64,000 nucleotides of DNA, from assembly GCA_000092065.1 (NCBI GenBank), contig CP000587.1; one strand, given 5' to 3'. The translations under genes and the position numbers were made by a program. The stretch comes from Ostreococcus lucimarinus (lineage: Eukaryota). Below, one piece after another: positions 36,174-46,459 of the stretch. Under the pieces are notes generated by a model. The model had not been told where the DNA came from, did no database searches, and saw nothing but the letters and a program-made list of their open reading frames with translations. Within the stretch, counting starts at the first letter, position 1, and each line of letters opens with the position of its first letter.

Positions 36174-36415
36174 CCACCGGCGCGATGCCGACGCGCGCCG
36201 TCCGTCGAGCGCGTCGCGCGAATCGCGCCGCGCGAATCGCGCCGCGCGTCGGCGTCGCGCGTCGAAGCGGCGTCGCGCGTCGCGCGAGGTGCCGACGCGA
36301 ATCCGTGTCCGTGTGGTGCGCCACGCGGGAGGGTTTTTGTTTGACCCGTAACAACGGATTGGGATCGCCGAATGCCGATCGACGCGCGACGCGGCCGCGC
36401 ACCGACGCGCGCGGG

Positions 36416-39310
36416 ATGGAGACGCTGCCGAAACGCGCGCCCGCGACGACGCTCGCGGACGTCGTCGAACGCGTCGCGCGCGCGTGCCACGTCGAGCTTC
36501 GGCAGCTCGTCGAGCGATGCGCGGGCGCGGACGCGCGCGCGCGCGCGGCGGAGCTCGCGCGGTACGCGCACCGCGCGCGGCAGCGACTCGTCAGGTGCGC
36601 GATCGTCGAGCGGTGGTCGCGGAAGAGCGCGAAGATCGCGACGGTGGCGACGAACGCGCACCTGACGCTGCGCGCGCACGAGGAGGCGTTCGCGAAGCTC
36701 GCGGATGGGCTGTTTCATTTGCACCAACAAATCGAGTGGGCCAAGGCGCCGGCGTGGGATCTGGCGGGGGCGCTGAACGTGCTGTGCGACGGGGACTACG
36801 AGCTGGGGAGGGAGATATCGGAGATCGGCGTCGGGCGAGTCGCGGCGACGGAGGAGACGGAGGAGACGGAGGAGACGCGCGAGCGGAGGTTGGACTTCGA
36901 ACGGAGATTCGAGGAAGAGATGACGGAGCGATTGGTGCGATCGAAGACGCACGGATGCGCGACGAGGGACGATCACTCGGAGTGGCCGAATGAAAAATTC
37001 AAGGTGTTCGCGATCGGGGGGGGGAAAGTCGAGGTGGGGGTCGAGGGAGAGTATCGCGCGACGCTCTCGCTCGGAGGACCCGTGGCGCCGAACGCGACGG
37101 AGCAACCGCGGTACGGAGGGTGGCGCGTAGAAACGATAGAGATGTTGGCGGGGGACGAGAAAGGGGCGAAGTTCGAGCTGAACAAAGCCGAGACGCGAAA
37201 GTTGGCGGACATGGCGTGCGCGAGCATGGTCGGGCTGCCTCCGTTTGGTCAAAAGCTCGCCGACGACGCGCCGCCGTTGGAGCCGTTACATCTCAAAGGT
37301 TTGCACGGCGTCGCGAGCGATGCGGTGCTGCTGAAATCCGCCGCCGCAATTCTCGCGCAGGCTGGAGCGCTGAAGGACGCCGCGGAGCGTGCGAACTCTG
37401 AGTCGCGCTGGTCTCGAAACGCCGTCAAGGTTGAAATCGTCAAGGGCGAAGCGGCGGGTATTTTAAAGGGCGTACGCGTGGCTTTTTGGCGTCAAAACGT
37501 CGCCAGCGCCGACGAGGCGGGAATGTTGGACGTTTCGTTCAACCCCGAGACCGCGGATTTGCGCGCCAAGGCGCGGGCGCCGGGTGAGGCTGAGTTTTTC
37601 GATTTGCCCGTCAATTACGCGCGCGTCGATTTGGAAGCCATCCTCGTCGAAGCCATCCGTATAGCGTCTAGTAAGAAATTGCACTCGGTCTCGACCGAGG
37701 TGAGCGGGGAAAAATCGTTCACGACTGTCGTGGAAGAGTCGATGACCGCGGAGGAGTGCGCGTGCTCAGAAGACGAAGACGCGTGGGGAACCGACGCTCG
37801 ACCCGCGATTCGTCTCGAGATTTCGAAATTCACGAACATATTCATCACCTGTCGAATTTCTGACGGTACTTTGATCCTGCACGGTGCGGGTGAGCTCGTA
37901 CCGTCCGCAACGGAGGCAGATCTTTCAAAGAGATTAGCTCTTGAAGGGCACGACGCCATCGTCAGCATCGTCGAAGAAGTCTCCGTCGCCGTCGAGCAGC
38001 AAGAGCTCAAGGGTTTGCTTCGCACGTCCGGGACGTCGGTGCATCCTGCGCCAAAAACCTTAGGCGGCGAACCGTGGAGTACTTCGGATGCAGTCCCGAG
38101 CGGCGTTGCGCCGACTGCCTTGGTACCCGTCGTGCCGAGCGACGGCGGCGTCTTCGTCGCGACTTGGATGGGAGCGACGCCGACTTTCGCCCTTGTCAGA
38201 GCGCATCGAGTTAACCCGGCGTCGAGATACATCGCGCATTCAGTCGAAAAGCTCAATCTCGGGGCGCGAAAAGGCTCAAAGGCTGATGTCGTCGTGAAAA
38301 TGATTGGTGAGGCGTGTCGCGACTTGAGCGTCGACGCGCAACGCTCAGCGTTGATGCGCGCCTTGAAAGAGCAGCGCGTCCCCTTCGTCGACATTCGGCC
38401 GACATCGAAAGGAACGAAAAAAGCCGCAAACACCGTGAGTTTTGAGATCGTAAACACTTCGCGTTGGGCGCAAAGTAAGTACAAACGTGCGATAAAGCAG
38501 AAATCTCCGCTCAAGGCGCACGTCACGCTACGAGGCATCGACGGCTTGTCGGCGAGCATCGGTGGCGAAACGCGCGCTTACGAGCACTCCGAGTTCATGA
38601 TACACGCCTTTCTAGCGGACGTCCGGCGTATCGCCGCGGCGCAAGGGTTTTTATCGGCGTTATCTGATAATGATTCCGGAGTAGATTTCGCCAAGCTCGG
38701 ATGCAAGTTGAGCCGCCAAGCCGCCGATGTGGTTTCAATTTCGTACAAAGACTCCATCGAATGTACCATCGAATGGCGCCATAGTGGGTATCTTGGTCCG
38801 GGTTTGTACGCCGACGGCGAACGACTCAGCTCGTCGGCCAAGCGCGCGCTCAGCGTCGCCGCGCGTGATGGCCGATGTGAGATTTTTGCGTGCGCGCTTC
38901 GCGCCGTCGAAGCGGCGGCGAGCCATTTTGCTCAACTCCACGGTGACTTCCAACTCACCTTTGGTGCACCGAGTGTTTTATCAATCGTGAGAATCATCGG
39001 TGTCAGCGCGATGCGGGTGTGTTCGATTGGATTCAGACTCGACGGTTCGGTCTCCTTCGTCGTCGGTCGAGGAGGAGACGGCGCTCACGACGACGGCTCC
39101 ACGAACGATGACGAGATGAACATCACGGACGACCACGAAGCGCTCATTCCCACGCGCCCCGAAGGCTTGACGCAGTATATCGACGAGATATCCGCCGCCT
39201 TGGAAGGACCACTGGGGTCGAAACCAAAGCACGGAGACGCCGTCGTCGCGAACGCGTCGTCGGCGTCGCCGGCGCTCGCGGCGCTCGCGAAATCAGTCGT
39301 GGCGAAGTGA
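36416..39310 (+). CDS. MED14: Mediator complex subunit 14 (MED14/Rgr1)-like protein
   Basis: ATG at 36416 (METLPKRAP). The N-terminal region RQRLVRCAIVERWSRKSAKIATVATNAHLTLRAHEEAFAKLADGLFHLHQQIEWAKAPAWDLAGALNVLCDGDYEL resembles MED14 RQLFVRLLALVKWANNAGKVEKCAMIS...[26 protein letters not shown]. The track ORF 5' extension (35693..36415) was rejected as low-complexity. Confidence 0.5.
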   Translation: METLPKRAPATTLADVVERVARACHVELRQLVERCAGADARARAAELARYAHRARQRLVRCAIVERWSRKSAKIATVATNAHLTLRAHEEAFAKLADGLFHLHQQIEWAKAPAWDLAGALNVLCDGDYELGREISEIGVGRVAATEETEETEETRERRLDFERRFEEEMTERLVRSKTHGCATRDDHSEWPNEKFKVFAIGGGKVEVGVEGEYRATLSLGGPVAPNATEQPRYGGWRVETIEMLAGDEKGAKFELNKAETRKLADMACASMVGLPPFGQKLADDAPPLEPLHLKGLHGVASDAVLLKSAAAILAQAGALKDAAERANSESRWSRNAVKVEIVKGEAAGILKGVRVAFWRQNVASADEAGMLDVSFNPETADLRAKARAPGEAEFFDLPVNYARVDLEAILVEAIRIASSKKLHSVSTEVSGEKSFTTVVEESMTAEECACSEDEDAWGTDARPAIRLEISKFTNIFITCRISDGTLILHGAGELVPSATEADLSKRLALEGHDAIVSIVEEVSVAVEQQELKGLLRTSGTSVHPAPKTLGGEPWSTSDAVPSGVAPTALVPVVPSDGGVFVATWMGATPTFALVRAHRVNPASRYIAHSVEKLNLGARKGSKADVVVKMIGEACRDLSVDAQRSALMRALKEQRVPFVDIRPTSKGTKKAANTVSFEIVNTSRWAQSKYKRAIKQKSPLKAHVTLRGIDGLSASIGGETRAYEHSEFMIHAFLADVRRIAAAQGFLSALSDNDSGVDFAKLGCKLSRQAADVVSISYKDSIECTIEWRHSGYLGPGLYADGERLSSSAKRALSVAARDGRCEIFACALRAVEAAASHFAQLHGDFQLTFGAPSVLSIVRIIGVSAMRVCSIGFRLDGSVSFVVGRGGDGAHDDGSTNDDEMNITDDHEALIPTRPEGLTQYIDEISAALEGPLGSKPKHGDAVVANASSASPALAALAKSVVAK

Positions 39311-39369
39311 AACTCCAGCGAAGTGAAACGGTAGGCGTGACAAAAAATAAACTAGTTATTGCATTTCAA

Positions 39370-39857
39370 TCAGTCGGTCGCAAACGTAAACTTGATTCCA
39401 GAATCGCCCACCGGCGCGTCGGCCTCCGCGCTCTTGTCCTTGCCGAACGACCGCTCGTACTCGCTTCGTTCCTTTCTCGAATCGTCTTCCGCGCACGAAT
39501 CGCTCGCGCACACGCACGACGCCCCGAGCACCTTCACGACCTTCAGCTCGTATCCCTCGCCGCACGCACCGCCGCCTTGCTTGAACAACGATTCCGCGCT
39601 CAGCGCCGGCGCGCTCTCGGCGTCTCGCTTCCTGTCCTCCTCCATCTGCCGCATCATCTCCGCGTACGCGTCGTTGTTCCCGCTCTTATTCAGCCCCGCG
39701 CTCGCGACGGGCGTCATCGTCAGCGCCATCGCCGCCGACGCCGCGAGCGCGACGCACGCGCGCGCCAACGCGCCGTCCTCCTCACCGCGTCGTCGCGTCG
39801 TCGTCGCGCGCATCGTCGTCGTCGCGCGCCTCGCGCGCGTCTTCGTCGTCCGCACCG

Positions 39858-39890
<33 letters not shown>

Positions 39891-39903
39891 ACGTCGTCGC
39901 CAT
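39370..39903 (-). CDS. Hypothetical small Cys-containing protein with poly-Thr N-terminus and signal/transit-like hydrophobic segment
   Basis: ATG confirmed. MATTSTTTTTTTTT is encoded by an (ACG)n repeat. Then comes ALARACVALAASAAMALTMTPVASA, then a C-terminal CGEGYELKVVKVLGASCVCASDSCAEDD. No homolog recognised. Confidence 0.3.
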
Positions 39904-40055
39904 CGCGCGCGCCGTCGCGTCGCGCTCTGTCGTCGCCCGCCGCGCGCGCGCGTCGTCCTTATCCGCTCGTCGCGATCGCGACGCACACGTCGACGCGTCG
40001 ACGCGCGACCGCTCGCGCGCGCCGACCGCGCGCGTCCCCGATCGCGTCGTCCGCG

Positions 40056-41216
40056 ATGGCGCGCGCGACGCCGGCGCCGGCGCCGGCGCCGGCGACGGCG
40101 CGCGCGCGCGCGGAGGCGCGCGGCGACGCCGGTCGGCGGTCGGTCGCGGCGCGCGCGCGACGCGCGCGGGCGCGCGCGCCGGTCGGCGCGGTGGTGGACG
40201 ACGCGACGACGCGCGCGCGCGGCGCGCGCGGCGTCGACGGCGCGCGGCGAACGCGAGACGCGCGCGACTATTGGTTTCCGGTGTGCTTCTCGGGGAATCT
40301 GCGAGATAAGGACGCGCTGGTGGCGTTTGATTTGTTCAACGTGCCGTGGGTGCTGTTTCGGGGGCGCGACGGCGAGGTGGGGTGCGTGAAGGATGAGTGC
40401 TGTCATCGCGCGTGCCCGCTGTCGCTCGGGAAGGTGGTGGACGGACGGGTGCAGTGCCCGTATCACGGGTGGGAGTACGAGACGAACGGCGAGTGCGCGA
40501 AAATGCCTTCGTGTAGTTTTTTGAAGAACGTCTTCGCGGACGAGCTCAGGGTGATCGAGAGGGATGGGATGATATTCGTTTGGGCCGGAGAAAGCGATCC
40601 CGCGGACTTTGTTGGACCGGAGGCGGCGTGCGAGTCTTGGGACGAGGACGTGTACGAAGCCAACGAACCGGGGATGTTCACGACGGGCGAGGGATTCGTG
40701 ACGATGGCGGAAGTCATCGCGGACGTGAAACTTGACAGCGATGTCGTGGTGGAACGGTTGTTAGACATCACCGAGCGCGCGCGGCGGGAACCGGTGTCGG
40801 TGAAGAATCGCGGTCGAGGCGCACTCTTTCCGGTGGACGGCACGCGGTTGATTTCAAAAGTCTTGCGGATCGGTTACGACGCGGTACCGCAGAGCGTGGT
40901 TTTCAAACCGTCGTGCGTGATCGCGAGCACGATCGCGCTGAGACCGCGCGTAGGGGGTGGAGATGGGACTTCGATGCAAGTAGAGCAGTTGCACGTGTGC
41001 TTGCCCGCCAAGCCGGGGCTCACGCGCGTCCTGTTCCGCATGGCTTTCGATTTCGTCCCGGAGGGTGCGCAAAACGCGGCGGGTGACGTGTGGAAGAACT
41101 TAGCAATGCAGGTCCTACAAGAAGAGCTCGAAGACGTGCGAAGCGCGGGGCTGAAATCGGAAACGACATCCATAGCGGTTGAATCGTTTCGCGTCTTCAA
41201 GAGAGGAGACAAGTAG
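40056..41216 (+). CDS. CAO: Chlorophyllide a oxygenase-like Rieske subunit (split CAO, Rieske [2Fe-2S] retained, mononuclear-iron motif absent)
   Basis: [82 protein letters not shown] aligns closely with plant CAO ([38 protein letters not shown]). CAO-like blocks downstream are [10 protein letters not shown] and [25 protein letters not shown]. The region corresponding to the E..HAPF.H mononuclear Fe site lacks His ([25 protein letters not shown]). The presequence is R/A-rich. Confidence 0.8.
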   Translation: [386 protein letters not shown]

Positions 41217-41268
41217 ACACTAAAATTCTATTTTATTAATACACGCGCCGCTGACAGAAACGTCATCA

Positions 41269-41843
41269 TCACGCCGTCTTCAACGCGATCCCGAGCGCGC
41301 GATCCCTCTTCGCGCCCATGCGCGCGCTCGCGCTCGCCAACGGCTTCGCCGCGTTTCGTCCGACGGTTTTCGTCCAAACGATGAACTGATACGACAACCA
41401 AAGTTTCCCCCCGAACGTGATGGGCTTGATGCATCCCCGGAAAAACAGCGACTCCGCCAACGACAGCGTCAATCTCTCCGCGTTCGCCGCTCGCAGCGCC
41501 GGCACGCGCGTCGTCGCTTTCGCCGTCTGCTTCGCCGCCGCCGCGAGCGTCTTCCGAAACAGCGGCGCCGCCTTCTCGGCCACCTTCGTCTTCGCGAGCG
41601 GCTTCAGCACCGTCCGCGACGGTTCGATCGCGTACGCCGCGATCCACGTCGACGCCGCGAACGCCACGGATATCACCTCGTGAAACCTGCGCGCGCGTCG
41701 TCGAGTCCGAGTCAGTCTTCGCGTCGTCTTCGCTTTATCCGCCTCCTTCGCGCGTCGCTCGCGCGCGTCACGCACACGAACGCCGGAACGACGTCCGTCG
41801 GGGTGAGTCCTTTATCGACGAAGTACTCGCGCGCGCGTCCCAT
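41269..41843 (-). CDS. Small membrane protein, possibly DUF1279/FAM210-like (mitochondrial); 2 exons, absent from ORF track as a complete gene
   Basis: The track ORF 41269..41775 starts with GTG and has no ATG. Exon 1 41776..41843 (ATG = cat 41841-43) encodes MGRAREYFVDKGLTPTDVVPAF. Intron 41687..41775 (89 nt) has donor GT|GTGCGT, branch AGACTGACTCG, acceptor CGCGCAG. Exon 2 41269..41686 continues in the ORF frame (V)FHEVISVAFAASTWIAAYAIEP...AESLFFRGCIKPITFGGKLWLSYQFIVW. The family call is weak. Confidence 0.4.
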
Positions 41844-41908
41844 CGCGCGCGCGCGCGGCGGTTCGAAGTGACGCCCCTGGGCACCTCGACGTCACTCTCG
41901 AGCGCGCG

Positions 41909-42091
41909 ATGTCGACGGCGCGGTGCGCCCGCGCGCCGCGCGTCGCGCCCGCGCGCGCGCCGAGCGCGAGCGCGACGACGAAGCCGCGCGCTCGCGCGCG
42001 CGCGACGCGAGCGAGGGCGTTTTGGGATCGCTTCGGTGTTTCGAAGACGGATGACGTCCCGAGCGGTGAAAACGTCGACGCGGACGCGCGA

Positions 42092-42124
<33 letters not shown>

Positions 42125-43549
42125 CGCGCGGCGAAACCCACGGCAGAAGACTCGCTGAGCGCGCTGAGCGCGCTGCTCGGCGAGGACGAACGCGAGGCGA
42201 AAGCGGCGAGAGAGCTCGAGGAGGCGGACGCGCGGCGAGCCGAGGCGCAGGCGAGGGAACGCGAACGCAAGGAAGCCGGCGCGGCTCGACGACGCGAATT
42301 CGTCAAGGCAGACGCGGCGACGACGAGGATTCAAAGATTGCAGGCGGTGTTTTTAGACGTTCCGCTGGGGATGATGGATTTTTCGACGATGAAGGACAAG
42401 ACGCCGGGGGGCGAGGCGCTGGGGCCGGAACCGGAGTGGTTCAAGCTTCCCACGGAGGTGTTCGATAAGGTCACGGGCGAGCGGTTCGTGGTGGAGGAAG
42501 AGAGCGACAGTGGGCTGGAGTTGAAGCCCAAAGGCAGCGGCGAGAGCGAGGGAGACTCGGGCGAGATCGTGCGATTACCAGGAGAGTTTCAACTTCCCGT
42601 AATTCCGTACCCATTCGTGGCGACGCCTGGGACGTACGTGAGATTGAACTTGTTTGAGCCGCGTTGGTTGACGCTGTTCTCGAAGCTCATCCCGGGCGGT
42701 GACGAGAGCGCGACGGATAAAGCGACGGAATCACGACCGTCGAGCGAGGTGAAGACGGACGAGGACGGTTTCGGCGCGAGCACAGTTCGCCGACGCGTGT
42801 TGCGCGGAATCGATGGCAAGGCGAAAATCGATCTCAACGCTTTGCCAATCATCGAGGCGTACGAAACCGGCGCGCGCTCGTTCGACATCGTTCCCGGTTT
42901 CGGGCGATTGCCCGAGGACGAATTCGTCGACACGAACGCTTTCGGTGCGGTGTTTCGTGGGTTGGATGGGCAAATCGCGAGCGTGGGCACCACGATGGAG
43001 GTGCAAGCGCACGACGTCGTCGTCGACGGTCGTTTGTTGAGCGTGTGCGCCAAAGGAACGCGGCGTTTCAAGGTTTTAAGAGTGGCGCAGACCGAACCGT
43101 ACGTCATCGTCGACGCCGTGCCGATCGAAGACGACGACCAGTCTTCGGTCGTGACGCCAGACCAGGCGTCGGCGGAGGCGGTGAACGAGGTGTTCGATTT
43201 AATGAAAGTGGTCGACCCATATTACATGGAGGCGATCGGTTTAGAGGACGTCTCCAAGAGTGACGTGAAAGATATGACCGAGTTCGACTTAGCGAACGTC
43301 ATGTACTACACCCATCCGACGCTCGCGTTGAAGCTCTTGGCGTCGAAGGACTCCGCGCTGCGCAAGCGCGTCGTCCTCGCCTCGGCCAAGAGTTTCAAGC
43401 GCGCCATCGAGCTCGGGTTCACCCCTCGCAAGAGTCGACTATTATCGTCCTTCGTCAATTTGGCGTTATTATTCGGCGTCGGTTTCACCATTCTCGCCAT
43501 TAAGAACGCGCTCGAGGGCGACCCGTCCGGGTTGGATGATTTTTACTAG
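41909..43549 (+). CDS. LON N-terminal (substrate-binding) domain protein with C-terminal transmembrane helix
   Basis: The LON_substr_bdg signature is LPVIPYPFVATPGTYVRLNLFEPRWLTLFSKL, with downstream GTTMEVQAHDVV...GTRRFKVLRV. No AAA+ or protease domain is present. The C-terminal TM is LSSFVNLALLFGVGFTILAI. The N-terminus is presequence-like R/A-rich. Confidence 0.6.
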
Positions 43550-43694
43550 GCGACGGGCGACGACGCGCAGACGCGCCCGCGCAGCAGCACGCACGCACGA
43601 CGTAGATTTATCACTCACACACGATGGATTTATCATTCACACGCGCCGCGTCTACCCCACCCCCATCGCATCGCGCGCCGTCCGCCGCCCGCGC

Positions 43695-44078
43695 TCAGTT
43701 CCCGACGACCACCATCCACGGCCTGATCGCGTACCTCGGCACGAGCCCCGCGACGTAGTACGCGTCCGCCTTCACGAACGCCTCGATCTCCTCGCGCTCG
43801 CAATTCTTAAACACGAACACCCCCTGATCGACGGGATCGAGCAACGCGCCCGCCATGACCACCTTCCCCTCCTCGTGCGCGCGCCGCGCGCCCGCGAGGT
43901 GCGCCTCGCGATGCGGCGCGCGCTTCTCGAGCATCCCGTCGACGTAGTCGAGCGTCAGCAGCGCGTACGCGTTCGAACCGTCCGCGTTCGCCGCCATCGC
44001 GACGACACCGCGTCGCGCGCGCGCGACGCGTCGCGGCGGCGCCGCGACGACGGCGCGCGTCGACGCGCGAAGCGCCAT
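43695..44078 (-). CDS. YciI-like (Dabb-fold) protein with organellar presequence
   Basis: AYALLTLDYVDGMLEKRAPHREAHLAGARRAHEEGKVVMAGALLDP...VFVFKNCEREEIEAFVKADAYYVAGLV matches the YciI family pattern (..Y.D...RR..R.AHL....G.L...D..A.AF...DPY). ATG confirmed. Confidence 0.65.
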   Translation of the reverse strand: MALRASTRAVVAAPPRRVARARRGVVAMAANADGSNAYALLTLDYVDGMLEKRAPHREAHLAGARRAHEEGKVVMAGALLDPVDQGVFVFKNCEREEIEAFVKADAYYVAGLVPRYAIRPWMVVVGN

Positions 44079-44539
44079 CGAGTGGCGCCGCGCGCGTTTT
44101 CCGCATATTCTATTATATTATCGCCTAGGTATGGGTAATTAGCGCGCGCGAATAACGACCCTGGAACGCGCGAGGGGGGGGTCGACGACGAGTCGCGACC
44201 CGTCGCGAACGGTTTTCCGCGACCGCCGTCGAATCCCGCGGATCCCGGCCGCCGGACGTCGGGGCGCTCGGGGCGCTCGGCACCGCACACCCGCGCGCAC
44301 GGAATCGCGCGCGACCGAACGCGCGCGCGCGCTTCGCCCGAGCGACGCGCGACGAACGACGCGCGTCGTTTTTCTTCGCTCGACGGCGTCGACCGCGTCG
44401 CGCGCGCGTCGACGGCGACTCGGCGTCGACGGCCGACGCGTCGCGAAGCATCGATCGCGGATTCGTTCGCGAAGGGTGACGAATCCGAATCGCGACGCGC
44501 GCGCGCGTCGAGCGCGCGGGCGCGGCGCGGTCGAGCGCG

Positions 44540-46282
44540 ATGGCGACGACGACGATGGTTGGGTGCGGTTTTAAGGCGGCGAACCGCCGGGGCGCGAGCT
44601 TCGCGCGTCGCGCGCGCGTCGGCGAGGCGCGCGTCGCGCGCGCGCGGTTCGCGACGCGACCGATGCGCGCGGCGGCGGTGGACTCGGGCGCGGGATTCGC
44701 GGAAGCGGTGCGTCGGCGAACGCGCGAACGCGACGAACGCGAGCGCGCGCGATTCGCGAAAACTGTGCGCGTCGAGCGCGCGTCGCGCGCGGCGCGGGGG
44801 GGGACGCGCGCGACGACGCGAGGCGCGAACGCGAGGCGGTGGGGGAACCACCGCGTCCCTAGGCGAAAGGATAGGATGGGTTTTGCGGCGCGACGCGCGG
44901 GCGAGCGAGGAGACGCGACGGAGGCGGTGACTGACGAACGCGCGGTGTTTTGGATGAAACAGGAAGGCACGGCGAAGGAGCGATCGTTCGATGCGTCGAT
45001 GCGCGTGCCGACGAGCATGGCGAGAATCGGGCGGCAGCTCGGCGGCGGCGGCGCGGCGACGCTGGAGAAGGCTGGGCTGAGCATGCAGCAACAGGCGCAG
45101 GTGTCGAGCCCGAAGCTCGCCGACGGCGGCGGTGGTGGGAATAACGGTGGTAAGATTAACAACGGTGGTGGTGGCGGTGACGGCGACGAAGGGGACGACG
45201 ATGATTACTTTGAGGAGGGGGACGACGACGACGGCGAGGAGGGATTTTTTAGCACGAGGGCGGCGATCGGAGAGACGTTTGACAGAAAGGCTATTCAGGC
45301 GGTTTTGTCTGAGTGGTTCAAGACCATGGAATCGCTTCCAGGTGGTATTCGCATGGCGGTGGAGATGGGCATCGTGTCCTCTCTCGCTCTCGTGCGTTTC
45401 ATGAGCGTCAACGTGCGCCCGAGCGTGGTGCGCGCCGTCTCGCGCGGAACGCCGCAAGCGTTTTCCCGCGCCTTTGTCGGTCGCCTCATGGCTGATCCCG
45501 CGTTCTTGTACAAACTCGCGTTCGAGCAAGTGGTGACGATCGGTGCGGCGACGATGTACGAAGTCGCCCATCGTGGCGAGCGTTTGAAGTCGGAGTGGGA
45601 CCTCGCGCTGAGCAACATCATGCAGTTGTCCCTCGCGAACGCCTTGACGGTTTGGTGCTGCACGCCGGTGCGATCCTTCGGGTCGTCCGCGACGAACGGT
45701 TTCCAAAAGTTCATGGCGACCATGCCGAACAACGCGTTCGACCGTGCTGGTCCTTTGCGCCAGTACACCAACGCGACTCGTGGGTTGAGCGTCGTCACCA
45801 AAGCCGCGGAATTATCCGCCGTGGGCGTGTTGACGGGCGGGGCGTTCTCCGCCATCAACACTGGGTTGTTGGCCTTGCACAAGAACAAGAAGGGCGAGCA
45901 ATGGGAACCGGCGATTCCGGTCCCGGATCTCAAGACTTCGGCTCTCGGCATGGGCGCCTTCCTCGGCATCTCGTGCAACTTGAGATACCAGCTCCTCGGC
46001 GGCGCCGATCGGTGGATGACGGAGCACCTCACGTCGTTGGCGTCCTCCGTGTCCGCCACCGCGTTAGGCCGCGTCATCAACAACCAGCTGGGTGAGCCCA
46101 CGCGATTGTTCGCGTTGGGTCTTCCCATGCACGCGTCGTTGGCGCAAACCGCCGGCTCAGCCATTCCTCAGTTGACCAAGAAGAAGGTGGTCAAGAAGCG
46201 AAGAAAGGTTGCGAAGAAGCGCGTCGCGGCGGCGGCGGCGACGACGACGGCGACGCCCGAAGTCCCGATGGCCACCGCTTAA
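44540..46282 (+). CDS. RETICULATA-related (DUF3411) plastid envelope protein
   Basis: The C-terminal half MADPAFLYKLAFEQVVTIGAATMYEVAHRGERLKSEWDLALSNIMQLSLANALTVWCCTPVRSFG...GLLALHKNKKG...GAFLGISCNLRYQLLGGADRWM is the RETICULATA/DUF3411 pattern. There is a long presequence, Gly/Asp low-complexity insert, and a Lys-rich tail. Confidence 0.65.
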   Translation: MATTTMVGCGFKAANRRGASFARRARVGEARVARARFATRPMRAAAVDSGAGFAEAVRRRTRERDERERARFAKTVRVERASRAARGGTRATTRGANARRWGNHRVPRRKDRMGFAARRAGERGDATEAVTDERAVFWMKQEGTAKERSFDASMRVPTSMARIGRQLGGGGAATLEKAGLSMQQQAQVSSPKLADGGGGGNNGGKINNGGGGGDGDEGDDDDYFEEGDDDDGEEGFFSTRAAIGETFDRKAIQAVLSEWFKTMESLPGGIRMAVEMGIVSSLALVRFMSVNVRPSVVRAVSRGTPQAFSRAFVGRLMADPAFLYKLAFEQVVTIGAATMYEVAHRGERLKSEWDLALSNIMQLSLANALTVWCCTPVRSFGSSATNGFQKFMATMPNNAFDRAGPLRQYTNATRGLSVVTKAAELSAVGVLTGGAFSAINTGLLALHKNKKGEQWEPAIPVPDLKTSALGMGAFLGISCNLRYQLLGGADRWMTEHLTSLASSVSATALGRVINNQLGEPTRLFALGLPMHASLAQTAGSAIPQLTKKKVVKKRRKVAKKRVAAAAATTTATPEVPMATA

Positions 46283-46459
46283 ACAGGATGGAAGAAACAA
46301 AACGAAATTGCTAGATACTCGCGCAGCGTTCGCGTCCGCATTCGGACTCGGACATAGTCAGAATCTTGTGTGTTGTAAAGAACCGTCAGAAACCTGGCTC
46401 GACGCCGCGTCGCGCCTCGCTCGCCCTCGTCACTCCGCGCCGCGCGTCCGCCGCGCGAC

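Noticed and set aside
39870-40100. Short tandem repeats such as (GTCGTC)n at 39870..39900, (GCCGGC)n at 40064..40095, (GACGGAGGA)n at 36841..36870 and the E/D-rich runs at 29281..29350 and 53040..53110, considered as possible CRISPR or satellite arrays.
   Set aside because: All are in-frame coding low-complexity tracts (poly-Thr, PAPAPA, ETEETEE, acidic runs) inside genes. They have no spacer/repeat periodicity and there are no cas genes.
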